This document shows, in pieces, positions 38,833 to 51,677 of a stretch of DNA of 64,000 bases. The translations under genes were made by a program, and so were the position numbers. Positions within the stretch are counted from its first letter, which is position 1; each line of letters opens with the position of its first letter. Source of the DNA: Octopus sinensis (lineage: Eukaryota); contig NC_042998.1 in the NCBI RefSeq assembly GCF_006345805.1, forward strand, positions 120,714,001-120,778,000, written 5' to 3'. The notes under the pieces are model-generated. The model made no database searches. It was not told where the DNA came from and was given only the letters and a program-made list of their open reading frames with translations.

Positions 38833-40668
38833 TTGACCCTTCTAACCTCTTCTAGGCCACCAAAATCTAGAATAGAGATAACACACCACCAACGAAATCT
38901 ATTGTTCTCAACAATATGTCTATCCTTCTGGCTGGTTTTGGATAGTTATAAAAACAAGATCTCCTTAAGCCAAAGTCAGTTTAATGCTATTCTAGAAGCA
39001 CACCTAGATAAAGTTGGCTCAACCGGTAGGAAAAGTAACTCATGCCACATTGATTTACTGAAGCGATTTAGGCTGGCAGATCGATTCAGACTCGAGAATC
39101 TGAGCATTCCAATGTGGACTTGGAATAATAACGACGGATCTCTCAGGTCTTATATAGACAGGATAATAATGACTACTAGGTCCTCTTTTAGCTGTCCACA
39201 ATTTTTGTATATACCCTAGATGGATCACAAATTAGTGATGTGTAAGGTACATACAGATAAAGTCCATAGACAGAGATCTGGTTACTGGAAGTTGAACAAG
39301 ACTCTATTGGCATACCACAACCAGATTAAGGAGTTAGTCATGAGGGCACTTACCGGCACCATGTTGAATAACTGGTGGTGGGTTGCCATCAAAAGAGCCA
39401 TTCGACTTGAGTCTAATAGATTTAGCAAACAGTTAAGTCTAGAACAAGTTAAAGTAGAAAGGTCTCTTGATAAGATGTTAGAAGAGGCGCTGAGAGTGGG
39501 CTCTGCACCCCAAGTTTTGGCGGCGAGATCGGTCTTGGACCAACACCTCAATACCAAACACGGAGGTTGCAAGATCCAGGCTAAAGTACATGCACTGAGT
39601 TACAAGGGTATCAACGTTTCCAGGTGTGCTCGCTTGGTAGAAACCCAATGTGACGTAGATGCTACGATAAGGTCTGGTAAATGAACAAGGACAAGAAATC
39701 AACAAACAAGAAGAGATGTGTAAGGCCTTTCAGGAGCATTTTGTTGTGTTGTTCGGGAGGAGTGGGACGCTGGACCATGGGGATTTCCTGACTGGCGGCC
39801 CGTGTCTCTCAGCACATGAGGCAGAGTGCTATGAAGGGCCGATCACAGCTGTGGAAGTCATAGAGGTGCTTTCTGAGTGCCTCGGGGACAAGTTGCCGGG
39901 ACTGGATGGTCTTCCTTTCGAATTTTATAAGAGTATGTCACACTTGTTCAGGAACATACTGGCCAGTGTATATGCAAACTGGCAGCAGAACGGGAGAATT
40001 CCCAAGTCTGTGAGCCAGAGAGTAGTGACACTGATCTGGAAGGATCCAAGCAAGGGGAATGACATTAATAACTTTAGGCCCATAACTTTGCTGAATACAG
40101 AATTTAAGATTTTGGCCAAGGTGTTAGCCAAGAGAGTGAGGCTTGTCGTGGGCGACCTGGTGGGAGAGGTACAGACATGTGCCATCCTAAGCAGTACAAT
40201 ACATGACAACCTTCACCTCATACGCTACACTATAGGTGGGGCACTGGTGAATTTAGACCAGTCTAAGGCATTCGATAGGGCTGACCATCGGTATCTGTTG
40301 CGGTCATCCAGGCGGTCAGACTGGGCCCAACTTTCCATGGATGGATCAATGCTAAATATAGCAACAGCGATTCAATCGTCCAGGTGAACGGTTTCTTCTT
40401 GAGGCTGTTCGCGATTGAAAATTCAGTTCGCCAGGGCCCTGTTCCTGCTTCTGTATGTATTGCTGTATGTATTGGCTTTTGAGCCACTGCTGCAGAGGTT
40501 AGAGGCCACACGGTGGGGGAAGATCCGTGTGATGTATGTTACAGTAGGAGAATGACGCATATGCAGATGATGTCACCATCATCATGTCTGATGAAGGGCA
40601 GCTACCTCATGTAGAAGACACCATCAAAAGATACGAAGCAGTGGCAGGAGCAAAAATTAACTAGGAAA
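38833..40668 (+). mobile_element. L1/Tx1-like LINE ORF2 remnant (APE endonuclease end + RT)
   Basis: WTW..DGSLRSYIDRI, DHKLV, GYWKLN, PGLDGLPFEFY, NFRPITLLNTEFKILAKVLAKR, LDQSKAFDR, AYADDVTII. Confidence 0.9.
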
Positions 40669-40669
40669 A

Positions 40670-41102
40670 ATGCCTTCATCAGGTGTCTTGGGGAAATTTC
40701 GAACCTGGATTCTCATTCCTAAGGTATTTTTCGATGTTATTATTATTATTACGCATAGTGCATAGTGGTTAAGAGCACGGGCTACTAACCCCAAGATTCC
40801 AAGTTTGATTCCAGACAGTGACCTGAATAATAACAGCAGCAGCAGCAGCAACAACAACGACAACGACGACGACAGCAGCAGCAGCAACAACAACAACAAC
40901 AACAGCAACAACAACAACAACAACAGTAAAAACAATATCATCGAAAAATACCTTAGGAATGAGAACCCAGGTTCGAAATTTCCCCTGATGAAGGCTGGAG
41001 GGTATATCAGCCGAAACGTTGCATTAACAACAAACAAGATGAGGACAAATATCCGTCAAATGTAAATAATATACATAATTCCTCATCTCTTAAATATAGA
41101 AC
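40670..41102 (+). mobile_element. Non-coding PLE-related insertion: inverted partial repeat + tRNA-like head + microsatellite + HHR repeat
   Basis: 40673-40750 is the reverse complement of the repeat 5' part. 40930-41102 matches 34975-35145. HHR core CTGATGA at 40985, GGCTG/CAGCC stem II, GAAA at 41013. Confidence 0.8.
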
Positions 41103-41429
41103 TGTTTTTCCTTTTGTCCTTATGCTGTCCCGTCTGTGTAAGCCATTTATTGGTAATAAAGAAATTAGTGGGAACCGAGTCTGGCTGAACAAAACGACGT
41201 CTCTAAAGGAAGAGGCACAAAGGGACAACTATGGTAACTCATCAACGAAGCAATTGTTTCATTCCACCACTCTCACTTTCACTAATTCACATTTTTTTTC
41301 TGTAACATTACCAAATCTCTCTATATATATACTACTTTGAGATCGTGTACACATGTACCAGCTGAAATTAACTCTTTTTACCTCGCATGCTGGCAACCAA
41401 CATTTTAACAACACTGCCGTTACATATAT

Positions 41430-41550
41430 TTATGACAGGTGTCTTTCAATTTCTGTCTGCCAAATCCACTCACAAGGCTTTGGTCGGCCCAAGGTGCCTG
41501 GAACCATGTGGTTGGTAAGCAAGCCACTTACAACACACCCACTCTTGAGC
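41430..41550 (-). mobile_element. tRNA-derived SINE head fragment
   Basis: aggctcaagagtgggtgtgttgtaagtggcttgcttaccaaccacatggttccagg; related pieces at ~24730, ~28540, ~50069 and ~61740. Confidence 0.65.
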
Positions 41551-41551
41551 C

Positions 41552-41631
<80 letters not shown>

Positions 41632-42044
41632 CATGCATATATACATACATATATGTACATACCGACATATATATGTATATATATATATATATCCATATAT
41701 GGGTACAGAACATCAAAAAAACGTCAACAAAATGAGAAACAATAACAACAAAAAAACATTGAAAACGAACTTTTTTCGAACAACGAAAGAAACAAATAGA
41801 GAAACGAGACAGGCAACATAATGAACATTCTCTTCATCAATTGTCCCATGTTTTATCTACTCCACGTTTGGAAGGTAGGGACATATATGTCACACACACA
41901 CACACACGTTTATGTATTTGTTTTGCAAGATTCCTGATGTGAAATCGTGTGTTGAAACAGAGACTATTGTGTTTGGGGATGATCATATTTTTGCCAATTA
42001 ATCACATGCACTAAATATATTTGGTCTTCACTTCAGTTTTCCTA

Positions 42045-42272
42045 TCCTTATTATTTTGATGACCTTTCTTTGAACTCTTTTGTTACGCATCCTGTGATCT
42101 CTTCAGCGACTCTCCATCCCACATGTCTTCTCTCGTTCTTTTTTTGTCCATTCTGTCATTCTGTGGACTAAACAGAACAAGAAGAGATATGGGGGATGGA
42201 GAGTCACTGAAGAGATCACAGGATGTGTGACAAAAGATTTCAGAGAAAGGACACTAAAATAAGAATAAAGCT
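42045..42272. repeat. Diverged inverted repeat (~90 bp arms) with HHR-like core on each arm
   Basis: gagtc(a/g)CTGAAGAgatcacaggatg(t/c)gt(g/a)acAAAAg occurs on + at ~42200-42240 and on - at ~42075-42115. Confidence 0.65.
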
Positions 42273-42367
42273 GACGAGAAGAACGAGTATATCGTGCATG
42301 TGGTTAATTGGCAAAAATATGACCGTCCCCAAATATAACAGTGTGTGTGTGTATATATATATATATA

Positions 42368-42883
42368 CTAGCAGTATCGCCCGGCGTTGCTCGGGTTTGT
42401 AAGGGAAATAACTATATAAACATTTTTAGAGAGTTACTTCCCTTATAGATGCCAATTCGGGCTTTCTTAGCCATTTCTGTTTTGGTGTCTTCGAGCCATG
42501 AAGTCGTTGTTCTAAAAGAACGCTGGTCTCCTTGACAACGCTTTACGACGTTGATTTCCTTACACTCCCTTCCCCACAGCTTCACGAGGGAGGGAAGAAG
42601 GGGGAGAAGCAAACAGGTGCAGGTGTGACCCTGGACGCCAACTCCGCCGCCATCGACACACGAAAAATTATGCATTAAAATGGAATAAAAAATGATGTTA
42701 AATTATTTTTTAAATCGTAGACTCATCGTAGACGCGCGCTAATACTCAGACGGGCTCGATATGAATCACGACTATAAGATACCCGAATTTGGTTAAACTG
42801 CACCGCAAAATGTGGGAGTAGTTAGGAATCTAAATTGAAGGGGACAGACACTCACACAACTACAGTTTTATATATATAGAAGA
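42368..42883 (-). mobile_element. Non-autonomous Helitron, full length
   Basis: 5' TCTTCTATATATATAAA, 3' hairpin cccgagcaacgccggg + CTAG, inserted at A^T. Confidence 0.85.
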
Positions 42884-42885
42884 TA

Positions 42886-43052
42886 TATTGGGTTGTCCGG
42901 AAAGTTCGTGCCGATTTTTAAAGGAAAGAAAAAGGTCAATAAGTACTTGCCATTATATTTTTGATCTACCAAATTTGAACCATTTTGTTGCACAATGTGT
43001 CTCCATCTTTCCTTTAACTTGAAAATACCCTCTTCCCAGAATTGAGGTGGTT
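42886..43052 (-). mobile_element. Mariner 3' terminus
   Basis: KPPQFWEEGIFKLKERWRHIVQQNG; TIR tattgggttgtccggaaagttcg. Confidence 0.75.
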
Positions 43053-44440
43053 TCATGTAGCATAGGCCAGTGTCCCCTGACTGGCTCCCATACAGATGGC
43101 ACATAAAAAGCATCATCCGAACATGGTCAATGCCAGGCCTGCCTTACTAGCTTCTGTGCCAGTGGCACATAAAAAGTACCCACTACACTCTCGGAGTAGT
43201 TAGCATTAGGAAGGGCATCCAGCTGTAGAAACAATGCCAGATCAGACTGGAGCCTGGTGCAGCTGCTGACTCTCTAGATCTTAGTCAACACATCCAACCT
43301 ATGTCAGCATGAAAAACGGGCGTTAAACGATGATGATGATGATATATATATGCATATATATGTGGATTCCTCACCATTTTTCTCTACCCCTATCTATACC
43401 TCTATGATACTCTACATCTATACCTCTATGATACTCTACATCTTCAATATAATATTACTTAACATGTACACATGAATAAAAATACAAATAATAATAATAA
43501 TAATAACTGAATATTAAAAATTTAAGGAATAAAAAATAAAATTAAAAATTTAAGGAATAAAAACTCAAGGAATAAACATTTAAGGAACAAAAACATAAGG
43601 AAAAAATCTTTTAAGGAACTGAAGACTGGAAGTATGTCGACCCGAGTAAGTATTGAAACTAGATACCTCATATCTAATCAATACCGATGTACTTTCATGA
43701 AACACGTGTAGTCTTATAAACGGAAAATACAGGATTCAGAATAGATATAGTTAGTATAAGATTTAATTTTTAACATTTTATGGAGTAGTGGGTATAAAAC
43801 CTTTCAGTGTTGATTGAGTTGAAGGTGGTTCTGTCTCTAAAATTACTTTTATCAATATCTACAAAGCTGAAATGTGAAAAATTTTTTTGTCTCATTTTGG
43901 GATGGGAACGGTTTAAGGGGCAGTAGATGGGGTCGGATTGGCTCCAAAATTTATAGGGACATGTAAAAAGAGGCGAGAAAGTGACTGCACTAGGTTAGAA
44001 ACCCATACTTCAAAAGCTGTGGTTACTAGGGCAACAAAACCCAAACTTTGACAAGTGTTTGTCATTTCTCGCTTTCAGATATCACCCTGTCTTCCTTGAT
44101 CTCTCTCTTTCCTTCCTTCCCTCTACTTTCTCTCTATAACGATGTTTGACATCCCTCTCCACCTTGGCCGTCACTCTGTCACTCTTTCTCCAACCACCTT
44201 TCTCACTGTACGTCTGTATCTATAGAGAGAAAGTGTTGACAACCGCAAAAGTTTAAATATTCCCACCACAGGTCTTTTAGAATGGTGAATTATTATCACC
44301 CATCACCACCGCACAATCATAACAGATATTATTAATCAGATATATTGTCTTAATTTATATATATATATGTGTGTGTATATAAATATATATAATGTGTATG
44401 CATATATATATATATGTGTGTATATATATATATATAATCA

Positions 44441-45025
44441 TCAATATCTATAAAGCTGAAATGTGAAAAAGTTGTTTGATTTCTTGGTTATTTGCCTCAT
44501 TTTGGGATTTTTGAAGTTGAAAAAAATTTCTCAGTTTTACGTATTTTTGCCTTTTATTTTTTATTGTTTACAGTTTTCATTTTTGCTGGAAGAAATTTAC
44601 AGCTGCATGTGTTTAGAGCTTTCATTTGCATGGTCAATCGTCGAAAAATTCCCAAAATAAATATTAAATTTAACAAAGAAATCCTTTTTTTCCTTATTTT
44701 TAATCGCTCAAATAGTGGCACGCACAAAAGGCAAGTGTGCTTTTCATTGTCACTGCCTGATTTTTATGATTGATCTTTCCAAATATTTTTCTTTCTCAAC
44801 GTACTCAAGATCTTTTGTTTTTCATAAATGGGAGAGAGATAGATAGAGAAAGGTAGAGTAAGAGAAAGCGAGGGAGAGTCCGAGAGAAAGGAATTGTAAG
44901 AGAGTGGGAAAGTGAGAGGGAAAGGAGAGAGAAACAAAGAGGGAGAATGTGGCGATAAGAAACAGAAAGGAAGCAACAGAACGTAACAACCACAACCTCA
45001 CATAGAGCAGGTCACCTTAAGCTAG
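44441..45025 (+). mobile_element. Non-autonomous Helitron (second family); related 5' end at ~43852
   Basis: 5' tcaatatctataaagctgaaatgtg; 3' gagcaggtcaccttaagCTAG-t. Confidence 0.55.
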
Positions 45026-45029
45026 TATA

Positions 45030-45412
45030 TCTCTCTCTATATAAACGGCAGTTTGTCTGTCTGTGTGTCTGTGTGTCTGTCAGGTTGTACCCTCACCCTG
45101 ACCACGGCTTTCAACCGATTCTGATGAAACTTGACACACACATAGCCCAATGTCATAATTCAAAACTAACGCAGCGAAAATTTTGAAAAGTTCCCCCATT
45201 TCTGAAAAAAATCGATAAATTCGACATGGGGTCGAGAATCAGAAAGACAAACCACGGACTGTCTAGGGGACGCGACTCGACCTTTTTAACTCTAAAAAAA
45301 TTTACCATCATTTTTTTTTCATTTTTTTTCCTATTTTTTGGCCATAACTCTCTAAAAATGCTTTATAGTTATTTCCCTTACAAACCCGAGCAACGCCGGG
45401 CGATACTGCTAG
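45030..45412 (+). mobile_element. Non-autonomous Helitron, full length
   Basis: a|TCTCTCTCTATATAAA ... cccgagcaacgccgggcgatactgCTAG|t; 3' end identical to the 42368 and 56402 ends. Confidence 0.85.
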
Positions 45413-45782
45413 TATATATATAAACACACACACAAACTTTAATAGTTTCAGTATTAAAGTGAAACCATTAAAGTGAAAATATCTGACATTATAATAGAGA
45501 GATGTTATTCTTTCACTTTTGACACGTAATACTGAAATAGTGGAGAAGATATGATATTGCTCTGGGCTCGCACTAGGCAAGAACTTGAACATTTTTGGGG
45601 CCTATAACACTACATGAACCCTAAGTAAAGCATATGTAAAATTAGAATGAAATTGGTTATGTAGTTCTCAAGTTTCAGGGATTCACAGACACACATACTC
45701 ATCTTTATATATATAGATATATATATTATGTATATATATATATACAAATGTATACATCTGCATAAATGTATATATTGATACA

Positions 45783-45832
<50 letters not shown>

Positions 45833-45959
45833 TACATACATGTATATATATATATAGATGTATATGTATACATGTATATGTATAGCTGTATATGCATAGA
45901 TGTATATATGTGTATATATAGATATACATGTATACATGTCTATGTGTAAATGTATATAC

Positions 45960-48110
45960 TCTATATATATAAAGATGAGAATGTGTGTGTGTATGTGTCT
46001 GTCTGTCTGTGTGAATCCCTACCATACAAAAAAAATATATATCCCAGCTTAATTGACACACCAATCACCAAAGCAAAAAGCATCCCAACTACAGACCTCA
46101 ATGCAAAACAAGCATACAGACCCTGGACATTGAACAAATTATAGCATTCACTTTGAAGTACCACTGTTTGGATTTTCCTTTTCATCATGGAGAGTTATAG
46201 TTTAAATAATGTTAACAATTATCACCACTTATGTGCTGAAATATTCTAGTTTTTATAAGCAACATAATGATTTGGCTAATTTGACAGCGCTCACAACACT
46301 CGCAAATATATTTGAAAAAAAAAATGTTATTCTGGTTATTATAACAAATTCGGAAACTTGGCAAATTAGAAAGCCTTAGCAGATCTTTCAGTATAATTAC
46401 AGAAATGTTATTCCACTCTTTATGACCAGTTTCAAGATAGGGCTTTTTTAACAGTTCTAGTGTCCTTATCTTATTCCTGCTATGATACTTTAACAGTGTT
46501 AGTATTCAATGCTGCAGGAGAGCTAATTACAAACAAAAAGGTGTTATCAAATGGCTTCTATTCTTACCAACTAATGTTTAAGATCAGAACAATCATATCA
46601 GTTACACATGAATTATGATCTTTTTCAGCAATGCCTGGTTGATATGTATGCTAAAGTTGAGAGTTAGCATCTCCTCTACATTTGTAACAATCAAAAAAAG
46701 TTAAGGGTTAAAAATTATGTTCATCTCCAAGATGCTCTGAGGACAAATGGTGATATGCAAAACATGGGGCAACTTATAATCCTCCCATCATCATTCACAG
46801 GTGGTCCTCGATATATGCATTAACAAGCACAACATGCTATGACATATGGAAAACCAGATCTTTTTGTCACAGTCACCTGCAATCCTAAATGGGAGGAAAT
46901 AAAATTTAACCTTCTGGTGTTGCATCTTTTGGTATTGCAGTTACCCTCCTCGTTGGGGAAGAACTGCACATTCCATGTTCAAATTCCCTCTAAACCTTGC
47001 AATGAAAGAATCTCAAATGTACAACATTACCAAAAACTCTGCAATGGCAACAGTTCTCCAACAAACTTGCCTCATTGTTTGAGATGAGTGCACTGTCACA
47101 TTGTGGAGCTCCAGAGGTACTTGACCGTACCTTCCAAGTCATAAAAACCAATAGCACACACATGGGAGGAGTAACAGTTCTTCTTGCAGATTTTCATCAA
47201 ACATTGCCAGTTATCCCCAAAGGATCAAAAGCTGATGAGATCAATGCATGCTTAAAAAAAATCGTACATTTGGAGATGTGAAAAAAACTTCATCTTACAA
47301 GCAACATTAAAGTACTTCTACAAGGTAATCATATGAACTTCTTAAGATTAGTAATGGGATATTAACATTCAACTCAAGACTTCAGCTACATGAAATTAGA
47401 TGTGGTCAGATAATACTTTCTTTTAAGGATCTTATGGATAAAGTATTTCCTAATTTATTTGTCAATTACACTGATGTAAACTGGCAATGTGAAAGAGCTG
47501 TATTAGCTCCAACCAATGAAATGGTTGATAAATTCAATCATGAACTTCTTCAAAAGTTAACAGATACATCAGAAATGACTTTTTGATCAATTGACAACAG
47601 TTGATCAAGATCAGGTTGTTCAATATTCTGTTGAATTTTTAAACACACTTAAACCCACTGAGATGCCACTGAATAACTTGTCACTAAAATTGGGTGTTCC
47701 CATTATATTGCTTAGGAATCTTGACCCATCTCACCTGTGTAACGGAGCTCGCTTAATTGTTACTTCCATGAAGCCCCATGTCCTACAGGCAATAATCATA
47801 ACAGGTAGTCACAAAGGAGAAAATGTCTTCATTCCATTTCCAAAAATTCCTCTCATACCTACAGATGTCCTATTTGAATTTAAGAGACTTCAGTTTCCAG
47901 TCAAACTAAGTTTTGGTATTTCAATTAACAAATCTCTCAGCCAATCCCTCAAGGTAATTGCACTTGATCTCTCTACTACATGCTTCTCCCATGGCCAACT
48001 CTATGTTGCTTGCTCACAAGTTGAAAGCAGTAACAATTTATTCATTTTGACACCAACAAAAAATTACACCATGAATATTGTTTACCCTGAGGTGCTTCAA
48101 CATTGACAGA
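45960..48110 (+). mobile_element. Internally deleted Helitron: 5' end, Rep remnant and PIF1-type helicase remnant
   Basis: 5' TCTATATATATAAAG at 45960. Rep: LVDMYAKVE, LPSSFTGGPRYM, GKPDLFVTVTCNPKW. Helicase: DFHQTLPVIP, LLRNLD..LCNGARL, KRLQFPV, FSHGQLYVACS. Confidence 0.85.
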
Positions 48111-48646
48111 TTTTCAGTTCTAAGTTGGTAACAACTTACTTCCTTTATTAATTTTTGTTCCTAAATAAGGGTGTTAGATTGGCAGATTTGATTGAGCATC
48201 AAGGTAAATGCCTTGCAGAATATTTTCCAGTTCTTTATGTTCAAAGTTCAAAACCAGCCAAGCTCAGCTTTGCCTTTCATCCTTCTGATGTCAAGAAAAT
48301 GAAGTACCAGTTTAGTACTGAGATTGATTTAATTAGCTTACTCCTTCCTCCTGGCTTTGTACCAAAATTTGAAACAATAGTGTGGCTAACATGTAGAATC
48401 ATTAATGTGCCAGACAAAATGCCTAGCAGCATTTCTTTCAGCTTTAAGTTCAAATCCTGTCAGAGTCAATTTTGTCTTTCATCTCTTTAGGGTTGAATGA
48501 AATAGCGTACCAGTCAAATAGAGATCGTTGTAATCGATTTACTCTCTCCATTAAAACTGTTGGTCTTGTGCCAAAATTTGGACTAATTACTATCATTATT
48601 AGTCATAGTAGTATTATTACTATTAGTGGTGGTGGTGGTGGTGATG

Positions 48647-48677
<31 letters not shown>

Positions 48678-48846
48678 CAGCAGCATGTTGAAGATGTTGA
48701 TGGCAGAAATGATATAGTAAGATATAGTAATTACTATGGAAATTGCCTTGAATGTCTAGTAACACCCCTTTATATTTTGAGTTTAAATCCTACCAAAGTG
48801 TCTTTCAGCTTTCTGGGACCATTTTAATTGACAATAGGATCTAGTC

Positions 48847-51175
48847 CCTTGGTTCCCAAACTTTTTTGAAACTTTCATCCTATAGACCACCTCCCATTTT
48901 TTTTTAAGCTTTGCAGACCCCTACCACCACCCCAAAATTTACAAATCAGAGAAGATGAACAAAGCAAAATGACCTTGTATGATATAACTTTTCATGAGAT
49001 AAAATAAATAATTTTAATGAGAGGGGTGAACTTGTTTGGCCTGTAAAATGTCTTCAATAATTAGGCTGCATTTTTGATAATGCAACTCTCATGTCATGTG
49101 CAACATGCAGTTTATTGTGAGCCTTTGTTTTAATTGTGAGTAAAGTTGCAAAAGCCATCTCACATTCGTATGTTGTTGTGAATGGAATGATGAATTTGCG
49201 GGCCAATTTGGTGACATCTGGATAGGACTGCATCATTTCAATACAGAATTCACTGCAACACATGTTACAGAAGGCATTTTTGGCACTGCAAGTCAATGAA
49301 CTGTTCTTGAATGACGTAATCTTCTGATGGAAGGTCAACAACAGAGATTGCAAAGGGATTGGTGATGAACTGATGAGCTTTTGCAAAGTTTTGTAGGTCA
49401 GGGAAGTATCTTTGAATTTCAGTGTGAAGAATTAAGACATGCTGTTTCATTATATTGAGGATGTTAGCATCAACTTGAAGGCCATCATCAAGGAAAGTAT
49501 TGAAGTTCAGAAATGGTGCAAAATTCTCACATTCCAATTTAGAATGTCACAAATGGAGCTTCATTTTAAATGCAGTCATTTTTTCATAACAGTTATCAGA
49601 ATTAACTGATTCAAAAATGTCGACCAAAAAGGAGAAACTTATAAGGAACAAAGTATTGGAGAACTGTCTGCGCAGTTCTTTTTTAGCACCATGAAGAAGT
49701 TCGTGTATCTCCTTTTGTAAAATGAAGACTCTTTTCAGTACTCTCCTCTTAGATAACCACCTCATATGCTAGTACAGTAAAAGCATTTCAAAATCAGAGC
49801 CATTGTCCTTGCACAAGTCAACAAAAGGATGCGAGTTTAGAGAACTGGTTTTGATAAAATTTACTACTTTGACCACATCATTCAAAACATTCTTCAAATG
49901 GTCAGGCAATGTTTTAACCATTAATGCTTGGCGATGAAGTGTACAATGTGTACCAATTGCATCAGGAGGCTTCTCCTTCACCATTATCTGAAAGCCAGAG
50001 TGGCAACCAAGCATTGCTGGAGCACTGTCAGTGCATACGCCAACAGCATGCTCCCAGTTTATGCCATGGTACAAGCTACTTACCACACAGCCACTCCTGC
50101 GCCTTTAATTTAGCGTCCGCTTTCCAATGTTTCTGGCAATGTTTCTACGGCTGGATGCCCTTCCTAATGCCAACCACTCCATGAGTGTAGTGGGTGCTTT
50201 TACTTCCCAGACGAGGCTGGCAAACGGCCACGATCGGATGGTGCTTTTTACATGCCACCAGCACGGGGGCCTGGTGAGGCCGTGTTAAAGAATTGATCCA
50301 CTTTCTGGAATATATCATTTGCAGTGGTTCGAGTGTTGAGGCTTTCGCAAAAAAGGAATTCATCTTCCAGGCACTTCTTGTGCACATAACGCGCATAAAC
50401 ACAAAGTTGTGCTAAATCTGCCACATCAGTAGTTTCATCAATTTGGATGGTGACATAGTTAAACATCGATGTTTTTATCTTTGAGATGACCTGAGATAAA
50501 ATATTATCAGACATCTCAGCGATTCATCAACTGATGGTATTGTTGGAAGGTGAATCATGTGTAAGCTTCTGTAGTTTGGATGTTCTGAGCATGAGTGAGA
50601 TTATATCTTTGCAGCAAGGAAGAACTAACTGCACTGCAATGTTATGAGGCTTTTTTGCAGCAGCAATTTTCTTTGAAGCTTCATAGGAGGCTTTCAGACC
50701 AGCTACAATACACATTCTTGCATCCTCAAGTGTGGATTTGACCAATTTGTCAGCGTAGAGTCTGAAAAAGTCCTTGTCTTTGTTGACTGCTCTGGGATGT
50801 TTTGTTTCCAAATGCCTCTTTAGCCTGCTGGGCTTCAGCACAGAACACACTGTGGTTTTTCTACTCCACCAGAAGTAAGCACAGTGAAACCAAAGCTCGT
50901 ATATGACTCGTATCTCCTTTTCTTTGTAAAAGGCATTCTACAAATAAATATAATAACGATATGTAAATGTTGTGCTGTAAATACATCACTACGTGCATTT
51001 CCACAAATCACGTCTCTTAAGATCACAGTCCATATTCCTGGGATGATTACAGTGCAGTCTGTAGTATTCGTGGGCTTCAGACTGTGATCTTAAGAGACAT
51101 GTGATTTGTGGAAACACACGTAGCGATGCAGTAAATGTTGATAAATTCCATTTCTGTTGAGAAAACTTTGTTAGT
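48847..51175 (-). mobile_element. hAT (Buster/SPIN, ZBED5-like) transposon, near full length, decayed
   Basis: BED finger PQCVLC..LKRHLETKH, IDETTDV, CTDSAPAM, HCTLHRQAL, RWLS; terminus ccttggttcccaaac; SINE pieces inserted at ~50069-50282. Confidence 0.9.
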
Positions 51176-51183
51176 TTTATCAG

Positions 51184-51246
<63 letters not shown>

Positions 51247-51677
51247 CACCATTGTCCAGACTACCCTATGCTTGCAGAAAAATAACACAGATATACTTCA
51301 CTCATAAAAGTTGCCTAAGATATTTTTCAAAGCACGGTAAGTCCTTATTCATGCAGCAGTTACTTCAAGATTGGTTAATTTTGCTTTACTTCAATATCTG
51401 CATTTTAGTCATTAAGTTGGACTTAAGTCAAGCTTCTTACTATTGTAACCCCTTGTAGCTACTTTAAAAAAGTTCATCTAAAAGTTGCTAGGCACTTTAT
51501 ATAGAATGAATGTCCTAATTCTGACAGTGCTGCTAGCTTGTCTTTTTATTGGCTTATTGATGCTTAATATGTTCAAAATATAGGTATTTGTAAATGTGTG
51601 ATGGTGAAAACAAATTGCAACCTCTTCATAAACCACTCTCATGCACTGTCATCAGTGAGCCAGTGTTACTGCTGCTG

